A DNA stretch of 64,000 bases. Source: Octopus vulgaris. Taxonomy: Eukaryota. The stretch spans positions 18,600,001 to 18,664,000 of the forward strand of contig OX597837.1 of the NCBI GenBank assembly GCA_951406725.2, written 5' to 3'. Below, piece after piece: positions 1 through 14,400 of this stretch (positions within the stretch are counted from its first letter, which is position 1; every line of letters starts with the position of its first letter). Both the position numbers and the translations under genes were made by a program. Under the pieces are notes generated by a model that saw only the letters and a list, made by a program, of their open reading frames with translations, searched no databases and was not told the origin of the DNA.

Positions 1-149
1 GAGACCAGCGTTCTTTTAGAACAACGACTTCATGGCTAAGAAATGGCTAAGAAAGCCCGAATTGGCATCTATAAAGGAAGTAACTCTCTAAAAATGCTTA
101 TATAGTTATTTCCCTTACAAACCCGAGCAACGCCGGGCAGATACTGCTA

Positions 150-150
<1 letters not shown>
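1..150 (+). mobile_element. 3' end of a Helitron-like element (continues upstream of window)
   Basis: Hairpin CCCG-agcaacgc-CGGG (122-137), then terminal CTAG (147-150) followed by T. The same hairpin occurs on the minus strand at 19477-19494. Confidence 0.7.
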
Positions 151-202
<52 letters not shown>

Positions 203-565
203 TGATTTCAGAGGTATTAATCCAGCTTAGTACTATGTGAGAAGGATATAGAATGGCAATAGAATGGTATTCGATTTGTAGGGGTGCCGTGCCAGTATAA
301 ATATAAGAAAAACTACGAGTAGAAGGGTACGCATAAGTACAAATATTTACACAAAATATAGAAAAAAGATAATCTAATATAGAGAAAAGTGAGTGTATGT
401 TTAATCATACATGAGTAGAAGCATACTTACATATGAGTATATAGATAGAGGAATTCGTGTAGTTACACGATTAAAATATACATATAAAAACTGTACAAAT
501 ATACCCATACATGTGCAAAAAAGGACACACACATATACATATAAATGCACACACACAATAAATTG

Positions 566-634
<69 letters not shown>

Positions 635-1149
635 AAACATACATATATAAGCTTACACCCATAGGTACACACCTAGATACGTATACATGGATGTAGACAT
701 GTAGATCGCCTTAAAGGCGTATATGTGCATACATGTGTACATATGCCAGTAGTAAAATGTACATAATTATAAGGTAGAGTAACTAATAACATAAACAATA
801 GTTAGAATGGGTATGTTGAGAGGTGGGGAGAGAGGTACAAGAAAGGGAGTACATGGACACAGTATACAAATAAAGTACAAAAGTGTATAGGTATATTACA
901 TACTAAGGAAAGATATAAGTATCCAATCGTGTGGAGGGAAAAAGTATAGGGAGACATAGATAAATCGATGTCCCTATATATAAGGGGTCATGCAGTTATC
1001 AGAAGGAAATATCAAAGAAAAAATGTATAAAGGTAGTATAAGATATAGTAATGTAAATGGGATGTGAGGAGCAATTATAATACATACTAAAGGGTAATAT
1101 ATAGATATATTAAAAAAAATATCAAACTAAGAAAAAGGTGAGTGAAGAG

Positions 1150-1800
1150 TTATTTTAGATTAATGAATAGGAATTTGGTCATGTGTTTACATGAAACCTT
1201 TTCATCCTTAGTATTAACCAAATTTAAACTCATTCTCATTGTGCTATAAACATAACCTGCAAATTTTATTATTATTTCTATATGAGGGAGCAGAAGATAA
1301 GATTTTCCAAGAAATGGAGAAATTAATATTTTTTTCTTTTGAGGTGCTAAATTTTTTTAGATATTCCTGTACTATTCTCTTTTCGATGGTCCCTAAAAGT
1401 AGAATTATAGTTAGAAATTCTAGATTTAATTGAGTTTTGGTACAACCTAAATATATGTATCTATAGGAGTTCTGAGTTATAATAGTTGCTTGGCATTCAA
1501 CTTCTTTCATTTTACAATTTCTATCTACTTCACAGGCATTAGAATCTCGACAATTACAATTTGAATTTGTGGGTGGTGTTATATCTATACTTTGTAGGAT
1601 TAATAGAGTTATGGTTATTAGAACTACTGTTGTTGTTAATTGTAGGATTATGAGATGTATTATTAATAGTATTATCATTGGATGTACTAGGTACAGTTTT
1701 AGATTTTTAAAATTTTTTATTATAGATTTTTTTAATTATAGAATAGATCCAGCTTCTTATTGTTAAAAGAAGCAATTACCCTAAAAAGATTTGGAGAAAC
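1150..1800 (-). mobile_element. Penelope-like element remnant, GIY-YIG endonuclease region
   Basis: ORF 1244..1678 has CNCR..C....C, YIYLGCT and ISWKILSSAPSYRNNNKICRLCL, the C-terminal GIY-YIG layout of Penelope-like elements. It is degraded. Confidence 0.75.
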
Positions 1801-1972
1801 TTCATTCCATAAATTCATCGCACATTATATACAAGTACTACTTTCATATCTCCGCAAATTTACGCCTGTAAACTCCCAACAAAGTATGAAGAATTAACAT
1901 TAGAAGTAATTTTTGGAAACCTCCACTTAAAGGACGAATACACATTCAACCATTATACATCTGTATTACCAC

Positions 1973-2006
<34 letters not shown>

Positions 2007-2106
2007 TGTATGTATGTATGTATGTATGTATGTATGTATGTATGTACATACATATATATGGTAAATGAGAAATGGAAGATAGACTTTACGAGCATTCTTA
2101 TTATTA

Positions 2107-2212
2107 ATCACGACAATAGTTTCGACACATCTGGCATCGATCCCTTACGAGTGGGACACTTAACAACTGGTTCAGGAGCATCCAGTGATGCAGATGTGTC
2201 TCATCGGGTGAT
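2107..2212 (-). ncRNA. Type I hammerhead ribozyme motif with long stem II (core variant CCGAUGA)
   Basis: Minus strand: ATCAC-CCGATGA-GACACATCTG...CAGATGTGTC-GAAAC-tatt-GTC-GTGAT. Stems I, II and III all pair. Confidence 0.65.
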
Positions 2213-2557
2213 AAATAGACACAGTTCGTTAAAACAACAGCTCCGCAATGTATCTTCTCTTCTCGTAGAAAGAAAAGCAGCAAACCGAAGGAAATATCTT
2301 CATTTATATAGAAGATTAGTTGTTAAGTGTCCCACCTGTGAGGGATCGATGCTAGATGTTTCGAAACAACTCTCGTGATTAATAATAAAAATTCTCGTAT
2401 ATATTCCATCCTCCGTCTTTCATTTATCATATACATAACGAACACTGCGAAAGTGACCGTGCTTTACCAGTAAGCTACTAGATGTAAGCCATTCGTTTTA
2501 TTATCTAATACATACGCGCGTGCGCACATACACACCCACACACCCACACACACATAT

Positions 2558-2935
2558 GGTAAGTAGCTTGCTTACCAACCACATGGTTCCGGGTTAAGTC
2601 CCACTGCGTGGTACCACGGGCAAATGTCTTCTACTGTAGCCTCGGGCCGATCAAAGCCTTGAGAGTCGATTTGGTAGACGGAAACTGAAAGAAGCCCGTC
2701 GTATATATATATGTGTGTGTGTATATGTTTGTGTGTCTGTGTTTGTCTCCCACTATCGCTTGAAAACCGACGCTGGTGTGTTTACGTCCCCGTAACTTAG
2801 TGGTTCGGCAAAAGCGAGACCGATAGAGAAAGTACTTGGCTTACAAAAAATAAGTCATGGGATCGATTTGTTCGACTAAAGGCAGTGCTCCAGCATAGTC
2901 GCAGTCAAATGACTGAAACAAAAATGTATAAAAGA
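2558..2935 (+). mobile_element. tRNA-derived SINE, family A
   Basis: ggtaagtagcttgcttaccaaccacatggttccggg...gatttggtagacggaaactgaaagaagcccgtc...gcagtcaaatgactgaaaca, repeated many times in this window. Confidence 0.8.
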
Positions 2936-4129
2936 ATACACACAAACGCACACACACACGCAGACACACACGCAGACACACACGCACACACACATGTGTT
3001 TGTATGTGTGTGTGGGGGGGGGAGGGGGAGCGCACGGTTTTGCGATTAGGGCGTTGCACTTAGGATCGTGGTGCATTGGGATCTAGTTGGTTTGGCTGCC
3101 AGCCTCATTTTCTGTTCTAATTGATTTCATATTCAGTGTAATGATACACTTTTATAAGCTAATGAATGACGTGAAAATCATTTTCGCTATAAATCAATAA
3201 ATAAAGAGTTAGTAGCAATTAAAGCTTAAAAAGTTTTGGTAATTTTAACCAGTCGTAATTTTAATCATTCAAACCCTTTTGTCAGCGAGAAAGCACTTGT
3301 GTTGACAAAGATATTCTACGCGGTGTCAAGTGCGTTGACGTTATGTTCTGTTGCTTGTGCTCATCTGTTGCTTGTACCCTGGTTGTGAGATGTTCTGAAA
3401 ATAACAGCTAAATAGGCTTTAAATCATGCCCCCTCCACTAAAATTTGTTTTTGCATAATCGTACGAATTACTGTGTGTGGTGAACGAATTCACAAAACTT
3501 TTCTGAAAATTCCAAATTTGAAAAAAGTTATGATGGGTTATCTGTCGTACGTTAAGCAGAAATTGTTTAAGAGCGTAGGCTCGAAACATCAAAGACTTTT
3601 CCATTCTTCCAAGTGTCAACCTCATACACCTGCTTGTTTTCCCCTCACCTGTCTTTGTCTTTTCTTTCAACCATTTACAAAGATGCATACGTATGTAAGT
3701 TTATCATAAATATTTTCAAAATTATGAAACTCTAAAATGCGTTAATTCTAATCATTCTTTGTCTTGTTTCATTTCTAAATATCGTTTTGCCTTTTCTCTA
3801 GGTTCATTTCTTTCTTCGTTATCTTCTTTTCTTATATTCTTTATATTCTTATCTTCTTTTTTTAATATTTTATGATTTCCTTCCTTCCTTTGTTCTTATC
3901 TCGCCTTTTCGACTTTGATTTTTTTTATCTTAATTAAAAATGCCAATATTTTGACATTACCACAAAAATCTCTATCAATAATGGTGCTATCGAATCAACA
4001 TCTCATTACACATCTCTCTCATACTAATCCCTAAACTCAAACCTTTCTGTCTCTCAGTGCATGTGTGTGTGTTTGTGTGTGTGTGTGTGTATGTGCGTAT
4101 ACTTATGTGTATGTGTGCGTCTTTTCATC

Positions 4130-4214
<85 letters not shown>

Positions 4215-4538
4215 ATAGATAGATAGATAGGGGCAGGCGGAGGGCGTGTAGGTGGATAAAACAAAAAACAGAGAGAGGAAAGAAGAATGGGAGTTAATTT
4301 GGTGCCACTAATCTTAATTGACGTATGTGTGTGTGTGTGTGTATGTGTTTGTTTGTGTGTGTATGCATGTGTAAGATTTGTATATATACATATACTATGC
4401 TTACACATACATGTAAATACGCATACAAACACACACAAACAAATCAAAATTGGTGGTGCCAGACCGACTCCCTTCCTATTTATTTTTCTCATTCTGTCTT
4501 CTTACCAAACTAGTCGTCATCCTTTTGCCTCTTAGTGC

Positions 4539-4583
<45 letters not shown>

Positions 4584-4959
4584 TACATACATACATACAT
4601 ACATACATACATACATGCATACATATATACATACATACACACACAGACACATATATATACACACGTACGCACATATATACATAAATATATATATACGCAT
4701 ACATATATATATGTGTGTACATATATAACACATACGCTATAGAAATGTATCTACCAAATACAGATGTATGTATGTATGTATGTACATTCACTGGAAAATT
4801 TTCTTGTGGTTGCCTTCTAAACGAAAAGCATATAGTTAAGTACAGAATGTAGTGAGCGGAGAATAGTTTCTAATCAATCGATAGTATACTATAACCAGAG
4901 TAGGAAGAAAAGTAGTTAGTGTGAGCGAAAATCACTCTCAAAGGAAACAAGCTCTAAAT

Positions 4960-5660
4960 AAGAATATTTACAAACCTTACAGGAAGCCCAACAGTAGACT
5001 TAGTTATATTAATGTGGGTTCCTGCCATCCCCCCATAGTGTTTAAAAATTTAGTTAAAAACATTAGCAAAAGAATTTCTAGCCTCTCATCCGATAGGGAC
5101 ATTTTTAATAGCGTTGCCCCAGTATATAATAATGCTCTAAAAGAAAGTGGATTTAGCGAGGAAATAACCTATACACCTGTCACCAGTCCAATAATAAAGA
5201 AAAGGAAACATAGGAATAGGAAAACTATCTGGTTTACCCCCCCCCCGAAGTGACCTTTAATATAAATAGGTATTTCTTAGCACTTATAGATAGACATTTT
5301 CCAATCAATCATAGTTACAGAAAGTTATTCAGTAGACATAACTTAAAAATAAGTTTTAGCTCAACTACTAATTTTAAAAAATATAATCGCACTCAATACA
5401 CAAAAAACACAAAATGAAACCAGCTGTTCATATAGGGATAAAAATTTGTGCCCGCTAAATGGACCTTGCATGTCCGAGACCATCATTTATGAAGCCACCG
5501 TAGACTGTACAACCACTAAGGACACAGTTTCGTCAAAGAAATATGCGTGTCTCACAGAGGGGAATTTTAAGTCCAGGTTCAACAATCACAACTTGAGTTT
5601 CAATTCAAGAACTGAACTTTTTGGTTCATGTCCACTTATGGGTAAATATTTGTTACATTT
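4960..5660 (+). mobile_element. Penelope-like element remnant (RT C-terminus, linker, GIY-YIG)
   Basis: YKPYRKPNSRLSYINVGSCHPP...NALKESGF...IWFTPP, then CPLNGPC..IIYEATV..Y.CLTEGNFKSRFNNH. Frameshifted and internally deleted. Confidence 0.85.
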
Positions 5661-6338
5661 TTAGTCCCCCCAAGATGACAGATAGAACCTGTTTTTTATA
5701 TTGTGTTCACGTACAAGCATCTTATCTCTCTATTATTTTTATAAGTATTTTTTTACATATATTTCACTTATTCATATATATATATATTTATATTTTTATT
5801 GCTTTATATATTTTTACATATTTTTTCTATATTTTACCTTTCACCCTGCATTTTTCTTGTGCATGTGCGTATATAAACGTGTTTAAGAACATTTTTGTGC
5901 GCGTATGGGTATATATACGCGTGTGTGTGCGTGTGTGCGGATATGTATATATGTACATGTATATGTACATGTGTATGGTTGTACATATATGTGGGTGTAC
6001 ATGCGAGTGTTTCACGCGAGTGTGAGTGAACATATGCATATATAGCATGTGCGTATTCTAGATGTGTATTTGAATATAATTCTGCGCGGATGGGTATGTG
6101 CATCGACAGCTAGCAAGCCATTCTACTCCAGACTGATGATAAGCAATGACTCTGGAACTAGTCTCTGGATGTTGGCTTTGCTGGGTGGAGGTGCTTGTCT
6201 CCCTCTTTGAAAACATAAGGACACAAAAATGTGTCATGGCCAACTAGAAACGGTGTTTCCTGGGGCTAAATAGCAGTAGCATTCTTCCCTTTCATGGAAC
6301 TGCCACATTAAGTTGGCAACATACCATTACTTTATATA

Positions 6339-6429
<91 letters not shown>

Positions 6430-6972
6430 CGTATTATACGTGCATATATACACATGTATGTATACATATAAATTTAGATGTATATATGTATATGTTACCG
6501 GTCAACTAACCTTGCTTAAATTCCTTATGTTTCTTTTTCTTTTTCCTTCTTTTAATCTTGATTTCTCTCAACATTTATATTCTCCATTCCTAATGTGCTC
6601 TCTACACACTCTGACTGAATCTTCCATGCGTTAACATGTACCTCCTTGTGACAATGTAAACTTTTACTTATCAAGATATCCTTGGCCTGGAGAGTAGCCT
6701 GCAGTATACACCTCTCTTGGATATTTACCACTTCCGAGGTTCCGGTTGCTATGAAACATATGTAGCCCGGATCTTATCTACTCCATTCACTAACTCTTGT
6801 ATTCTTATTCGCCTACTGTGAAATACAAAAAGAACTTTTTTCAGTTTATCGTATTTCGATAAGAAAAACAAAAAATCCACAACCTTCCGTCTCAAACCAT
6901 TCTTGTCCCTGAAATGTGTTTTTTAATATTTACTACGGATTGCTTAAAGCTAACTCTCTTCTTACACCCCGG

Positions 6973-7063
<91 letters not shown>

Positions 7064-7078
7064 CATCCATCCCTCCAT

Positions 7079-7121
<43 letters not shown>

Positions 7122-7157
7122 GTTGCCTACCTACCTACCTACCTACCTACCTGTCTG

Positions 7158-7241
<84 letters not shown>

Positions 7242-8031
7242 CCTATACAGAGAGATAGATAGATAGAGAGAGCTATGTGAACGCGTTTGTGTGTGTATAT
7301 AAACCTTAGGGAATAATTATTTAATATAATGATTATATAATTACTTTTCTTGCTCACATTCTCTTAAGTTACTATCCCATGTCTCTTTCAAAATATTGTT
7401 GATGTGTAACTATCCAATTAATTTTTTTAAGTTAACATTCTCATTTAATGCACAGCCAACCCCGCCCCAACCACGCCTTATTAACGCCTTCTAGCATTCG
7501 ACGTTTTACCCTCAAATACATTCGAGGGTCGTAGCTTTCGTAACTTTGTGAAACCAAATATTTGTCCTTGAGAAGTTCCTCCTCAAGGCGCAGATCAGGA
7601 TAAGGCTATTTTATTGTTATGAGAGCCCATAGCTACCGATATATGGCCATCTCCCCTCTCCCCAGCGCCAATGGTTTTCAGAAGTAAAGCTAATGGTTGA
7701 TACAGTGTGGCGCCATTGTTGTCCTCAGAACCAAAAGAGCTGAAACAGCTGCTACAAAGTATCGTAATCCACCGTCTTAGATTGGTACATTATTTTATTG
7801 AACGTCGAGAGGATGAAAGGCAAAGTTAATTTCGGTGGTATTTGTAGTTGAGGCGTTGATGGTTGGAAAACTGTGAAGGCATTCTATCCGACGTTCTGCT
7901 GACCCTAGAAATGCACCACTCTTGTTTCCCCAAAACATCAAGCATCAACACATTCATATATGATATATTATTCATATATGCGATTCACATATGATGTATT
8001 CACATATGTTATTATTATAAGGATTGTCTTA

Positions 8032-8240
8032 GGCGGCGAACTGGCAGAATCGTTTGCACGCCGGGCGAAATGCTTAACGGAATTTCGTTCGTCTTTAAGT
8101 TCTGAGTTCAAATTTAGCCGTGGTCAATTTTGCCTTTTGACCTTTACGGGATCGATAAAACAAGTACCATTTGAGTACCGGAGTCAATGTAATAGATTTA
8201 TTCCCTACCCCGAATTTGCTCGCCTTCTACCAAAATTTGA
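8032..8240 (+). mobile_element. tRNA-derived SINE, family B
   Basis: ggcggcgaactggcagaatcgtt...gagttcaaatt...tttgcctttt...gtcgataaaa...gtacca. Related copies at about 8304-8480, 7640-7880 (-), 28815-28960 and 57065-57275. Confidence 0.75.
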
Positions 8241-8303
8241 AACCATTATTCTAAGGATTAGATTATCGGACTAACTGCATATCAGTATTTAGTTCATTCA
8301 CGA

Positions 8304-8480
8304 AGGCGGTGAGCTGGCAGAATCGTACGTCTTTAATTTCTGAGTTCAAATTCTACCAAGGTCGACTTTGCCTTTCATCCTTTCGGAGTCGATAAAATTA
8401 GTACCAGTTACGCACTGGGGTCGATGTAATCGACTTAATCCCTTTCCCCAAATTTTAGGCCTTGTGTTTCCAGTAGAAAG
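8304..8480 (+). mobile_element. tRNA-derived SINE, family B (internally deleted)
   Basis: Same head and the gtcgactttgcctttcatcctttcgg core as 8032-8240. Confidence 0.7.
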
Positions 8481-9543
8481 GATTTACTTAGTTCCTTCAT
8501 ACTCCAACCTCACCGGGGTTAATGTAGCCTTTCATCGTTCTGGAGATTTTGTCAAATTTTAGGTGAGGAATACGACTAAAGGTTATCTTTTAAAGAGAGT
8601 ATCCACTGTACAGTCTTGGGTCACTCCTTAATTCTCCGATTCCTTAACTGATGTACCAACTAAACCACACCTTATATGTCCCTGGTTTAGTGAGTGTGTG
8701 TGTTTGGCTATTCGTAGCAACTAGTAGATTAGTCCCATAGAAGAAGAAGAGTATGGCGATGAAGCTCTAACAGTCTTTATCTACCGCAACAACACGAAAT
8801 CATGGATGTTGGGGATCTTCATCGGTTTAGATTTCACCTCATGAGCCGACAGTGGTGCCTCTTTAAAGTTGTCCAATAGGTTAGAAAGAGTAACAAATTC
8901 CCTCTCGAAACCTTCCTTGCAGCCTTTAAAACAAAAATGGACACAATTCGACAATATAGTCAGGAGCACACTATGCCTGAAAAAAAAAAGAGGTTGGATG
9001 GTCATGGCTGGAATGCGTTTGATAAAAGGTCTTCTCGATCAGATCAAAACCAAGGTTAAATAACCACCATTACCCTACCATCACAACCACCATTACCCTA
9101 CCATCAAAGCCACCATTACCATGACCACTATCAACATCAGTATCATCATCACCAACATCTTCATCATCCCCACCATCACCTTCATAGCCTTCATCCCAAC
9201 CATCATAACCACCACCATTAGCACCGCCATCGTCAACAACAAACCCCTTTCATTTAAACATCATCCAACCAATACGAAAGAGCCTTTACACCCACAACTA
9301 CATCCCAATGTTTATTATCATTAATGGTTCTTCACTGCCACCCAACTCCACCCTTCCATCACACACACACAAACACACACACTCGTAGAAACACACATAC
9401 TCATGCACAAACATATATGAACACACACAGACATCCACACACCTGATAATAATCAGAGATGATGTTCATGATATTTTGAAAACTATCTTTGCAAAGAACC
9501 CATTTAATGTTTTAATTCCTTTGTACATACACACATAAATACA

Positions 9544-9599
<56 letters not shown>

Positions 9600-9609
9600 T
9601 ATACGCAGG

Positions 9610-9718
<109 letters not shown>

Positions 9719-10163
9719 GTACATATGTATGTGTGTGTGTGTATGTATAGGTGCATATGTATGTGTAAAACGATAGAAGGAAATCCATATCTGCGGCGTC
9801 GTTGTCCTTGTGACCGCCGCCGAAAGACCACCCTTAGTGGCGAGCGGCAAATAACAAGCTCGATGTCCCTTGTTTGAACATATGTCTTGAGATTCTAGCA
9901 GCCGGGGTGGGCTCAGGGGAAACTGTCCCTTCCCTTACAATTCACTAAGACCTGAAAAAAAAGGGGGAAAAGAAAAGAAAAAAGACAATGGATACGATGT
10001 GTGTGAAGAGAGCAGAGAAAAAAAGAGAAATTATTAGAGAAATAGAGAAGTGGTGGTGGTGGTGGTGGTGGGGGGCGTTCGGGTGAGGGAGAGGAAGAAA
10101 GGAAGATTAAGTTAAAGGAAAGATAGAGCAAGACTGAGAGAGAAAGGGAGAGAGAGAGAGAGC

Positions 10164-10198
<35 letters not shown>

Positions 10199-11040
10199 AC
10201 GTGAGAAGAAGTAACGGGGAGAAAGTGAAAGAGAGGATGGGATAGTGAGAATAGGAGGTCAAAAAGGTAGAAATTTTAGAAGAGTAGGCAGAGAAAAGAG
10301 GGGACAAAGACTCAGCGGGAAGAAGAGAAACAGAAAGATGAGAAAGAGGGAGAGAAAGAGGAGAGAGAGGGAGAGAGAAAGAGAGAGATTGACAAATTGG
10401 GAAAATATATTGTAATAAAGCTGCAATGAAAACACAAGAACTCTCATATTACGGGAGACGACAATTAGTGTTTGCCATTTGAGCGCGCACGCGCGGGTTT
10501 TGTTTAAGATCAACTCAGTTGACATTGATGAAACAGATTTATGATCAAAGACACTACAGCCGTGACCATCCTATTTTCTGATAGGTGTGTAGGTCCAGTG
10601 GCAACAACAGCGTTTCCGAGTAGCTCGGACAGAAATCTGAAGATGGGCAAAGTTTTGTAAAAGTAACAAGAAAATTGCAGCAAAGCTGCGTGATAATGGT
10701 GTCAGACGTGGCATGTAGACAACCATAAAACTTGTTCTGCAGGCATATGTTGTTTTCATTGTTCTCTTCCGATTTAATTTGACATGCGCATTGTGTTTTT
10801 ACTCTTATCTTTTTACGAATTCAGTGTGCACATATGCATTGTGCGTCCATTCTTCTTTTCTGGTTCCTAATCAAACCTCTTTTCAGATCACAACCATCTC
10901 ACGAACTACGTTCTCGAGGGTCGCTTCGCGCTCCGATGGTTATGGAAAAACACATTTTCAGATAATGAATCAAATACAAAGTCATTTCTAAGTGTTATTG
11001 CAATAAATAATAACAATGATGATGATGATGGTGATAATAA

Positions 11041-11258
11041 TAAACTTCCTGGTAACTCCAGTCCCCGAGAACTACAAAAGATAACCTTGATGGATACAGC
11101 CCATATATTACGGAAAGTACTCCCCATCTAAAATGGAATAAATGTGGTGATAATTTTAGCATGCATAGCAAAAGAAATGTGTCCTTGCTAGTCTAGGCCT
11201 TCGGAGGATGCTCGTTACTAAAGCAGCTGAAATAAAGTTATGATGAAAGGAAACCATA
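11041..11258 (+). mobile_element. 5'-truncated Dong/R4-type non-LTR retrotransposon 3' end
   Basis: Translates KLPGNSSPRELQKITLMDTAHILRKVLPI*, homologous to the C-termini at 14780-14839 and 37420-37480. Flanked by TAA/TGA repeats. Confidence 0.7.
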
Positions 11259-11259
11259 A

Positions 11260-11290
<31 letters not shown>

Positions 11291-11316
11291 CGACGACGAT
11301 GATGATGATGATGATG

Positions 11317-11417
<101 letters not shown>

Positions 11418-11433
11418 AATCGGTGATGATAAT

Positions 11434-14400
11434 AATGAAGCGGGTGGAATCTCCCCATGTTCTGATTAATGATACATCTAGTGATGGTGTCACAATAAAA
11501 ACACTAGTAATTGCGCAACCTGATAATCGCTACCTCATATGAGTGACAATGAAAAAACAAAATATTGTGAATAACGGTGGTAATGAAACTGAAGCCATTG
11601 ATGGTGACAGTGTTGTACTCGGCAGGCTTAGAGATTCTGGTCCGACTCCAGCCTGTCGACCAGCACACACGGCGTAGATGGAGCAAGCAAATTAATGCTG
11701 TGGTCATGGAGTGTTACCACCTGAGCGACTCTGTAGATGAAAATGGTGCTCAAATTAGGGGTTACCGACAACGTATGTATGATCATTGGAGAGAAAAGGG
11801 ATTGTTTCAACTCACGGGACAGAGATTATGTGACCAAGCTAGAGCAATAAGAAAAAAAATCGTTGGTTCGCAGAAGTACAGCTCGAAGCTATCAAAAGAC
11901 GGGTATTGGAAAATAGCAGCAGATATAACGATGAAAATACAGTTCTTACTAATAAAAGTAATCTCATAGCACAGGAAAGGAGCAGTGGTAGCTTACTTGA
12001 TGAGAGAGATATGGATGATCTGAAAGAAGACAATAAAACTAATGGCGACATGACAGATGAACAAAAGGAAATCTATGACAGAATAAAGGCAAGACTACAG
12101 GAGAATGGTAGCGACACTATTTGCAACCTTAAAAAGGTTGATCGGTAAAATTGAACCAAGAAACACAAAAATATCAATGAAATTCTGAAATACGTCAGAA
12201 AAAAGAACATCACAGGAACAAATAATTTGATCAAGGCAGCAAATGTTGTTGTAGCAGCAAGAAAAAGAAACATAATGGGAGTGACAAAAGAAAAGATCCA
12301 TGGTGGAAAGGAAGAATACAGGTAGGGTTAGATATGCTCCCGTAGGACATTTCTGAGTTAGACCGAAAAGAGAAAGGCGAGCTTAGAAGCGAACAAAAAT
12401 ACAGGTCACTTAAAAGGAAGTATAATATTGAAAGAAAGGGCCTGAAAGTGGTTATGGAGGAACTGAAACAGCGCCTCGTTGCAAAGAAAGCAAAGATTGT
12501 AAGATACAACCAAAGAATAAAGGGTTCCCAGCGGAATAGGTTATTCAGATAAGATCAGAAGAGATTCTACAAAGAAATAAATGGAGAGTGTACAGATGAA
12601 AAGTTGATACCAGATAACAATGAAAGTTAAAGGTTTTTAAGTGACATCTGGAGCAAAGACAAGGAGCACAAGAAATATGCTGAATGGTTGCAAGAACTGA
12701 AACAAACAATAATCTGTTCAAAACAGGCAGAACTAGTCATTTCAGTTAGGAAAGTGAAGGAAATCAGCAAAAAAAACGAGCCCCGGGACCAGATGGAGTT
12801 CAAGGCTACTGGATCAAAAGATTTGGTGAATGTCATGCACAAAAAGCTGCGCAACTCACCACCATGTTAAATGCCGACCAAATAACACCAGAGTGGTTGA
12901 CATTGGGTAGGACAGTACTGTGCTTGAAAAACATCGAAAATGGTAATATGGTAGACAATTACAGGCCGATATCTTGTTTGCCACTTATGTGGAAATTATT
13001 GACTGGAATACTCGCAGAGCCAATGTACGAACATCTGGGGAAAAAAATGGAGACCTGCCACATGAGCAGAAGAGTTGCAAGTATAAGTGCAGAGGTACCA
13101 AGGATCAACTCCTGATAGACAAAATTGTACTTAGAGACTGCAAGAGGATGAAAGGTAACTTAGCTATGTCATGGATCGACTATCGCAAGGCGTACGATAT
13201 GATCCCGCATTCTTGGATTATGGAATGTATGAAGCTATTTGGTATTGCATCGAATATTGAGCGATTACTTGGAAAAGGTATGGCGAATTGGAGGACGGAC
13301 CTGACAGCGTACGGAAGAAGAATTTTAGGGACAGTAGAAATCAAGAGGGGCATCTTCCAAGGGGTCTGCCTGTCCCCACTGATCTTTGTACTGTGCTTGA
13401 TACCACTAACACTGATTCTGAGGACAGCAAAAGCTGGGTGTGTATTCAAGAGCCGGCAACAAAAAGTTAACCATTTGTTATTCATGGATGACCTCAAACT
13501 TTATGGTAAAGACGAATCCCAAGTCAGTTCCCTCGTTGATACGGTGTATACTTTCAGTTCTGATATCAGAATGGAGTTCGGACTGAGAAAGTGTGATGTG
13601 TTAGTCTTGAAGAGGGGCAAAATCAAATGTATGGACGGGCTAACGATACAGTCGGGGGAGGTTATGAAGCAGATAGAAGAGACGGGCTATAAGTACTTGG
13701 GGAGTTTGGAAATGTATAAATTGATGGAGAAAGAAATGACAGAAAAATTTAAGGTGGAGTACGTGCACAGACTGAGACTGATCCTTAAATCGAAATTAAA
13801 CGGACGGAATAAGATCGAAGCTATCAACACCTGGGCGGTTTCACTACTTAGATATGGAGCAGGGGTGATCGCATGGACAGTAGACGAACTAAATAGCTTA
13901 GACACAAAGACAAGGAAGTTGCTGATTAGATATGGGATACTCCACCCCAAAAGTGACACAGATAGACTGTATCAAGAAGAGGGAAAGAGGACTGATTGGA
14001 TGCAAACACAGTATTAGAGCAGAAGAAAACAACATAGTATGGTATGTAAAAAATGCCACAGAGCCAGTATTATTGGAAGTAAGAAGGCCAGGCTTGTGTA
14101 GGATGGAAGATTGCAAAGATAAAGCACTGTACAATCAATTGAAAACGAATGAAACTGAATATAGGTGGGTAAAGAAAAGAATGCATGGACAATTTCTTAG
14201 GGATGTTGAAGATAAGACAGACAGAGAAAAAAAGATGGCTGTGGATGACGAAAAGTGATTTAAAACCGGAAACGGAGGCTCTAATCTGTACTGCTTAAGA
14301 GCAAGTATCAAGAACCAATTACATCAAATACAGCATAGACAACACACCAGAAAGTGATAAGTGCAAAATTTGTGGACAAAATCGTGTAACTCTATGGCAT

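Noticed and set aside
3290-3345. microRNA hairpin (gcacttg...caagtgc)
   Set aside because: Only about 7 bp of stem and no recognisable mature miRNA.
12974-14017. Functional reverse transcriptase gene
   Set aside because: It is a fragment of a Dong/R4 ORF broken by frameshifts and stops on both sides.
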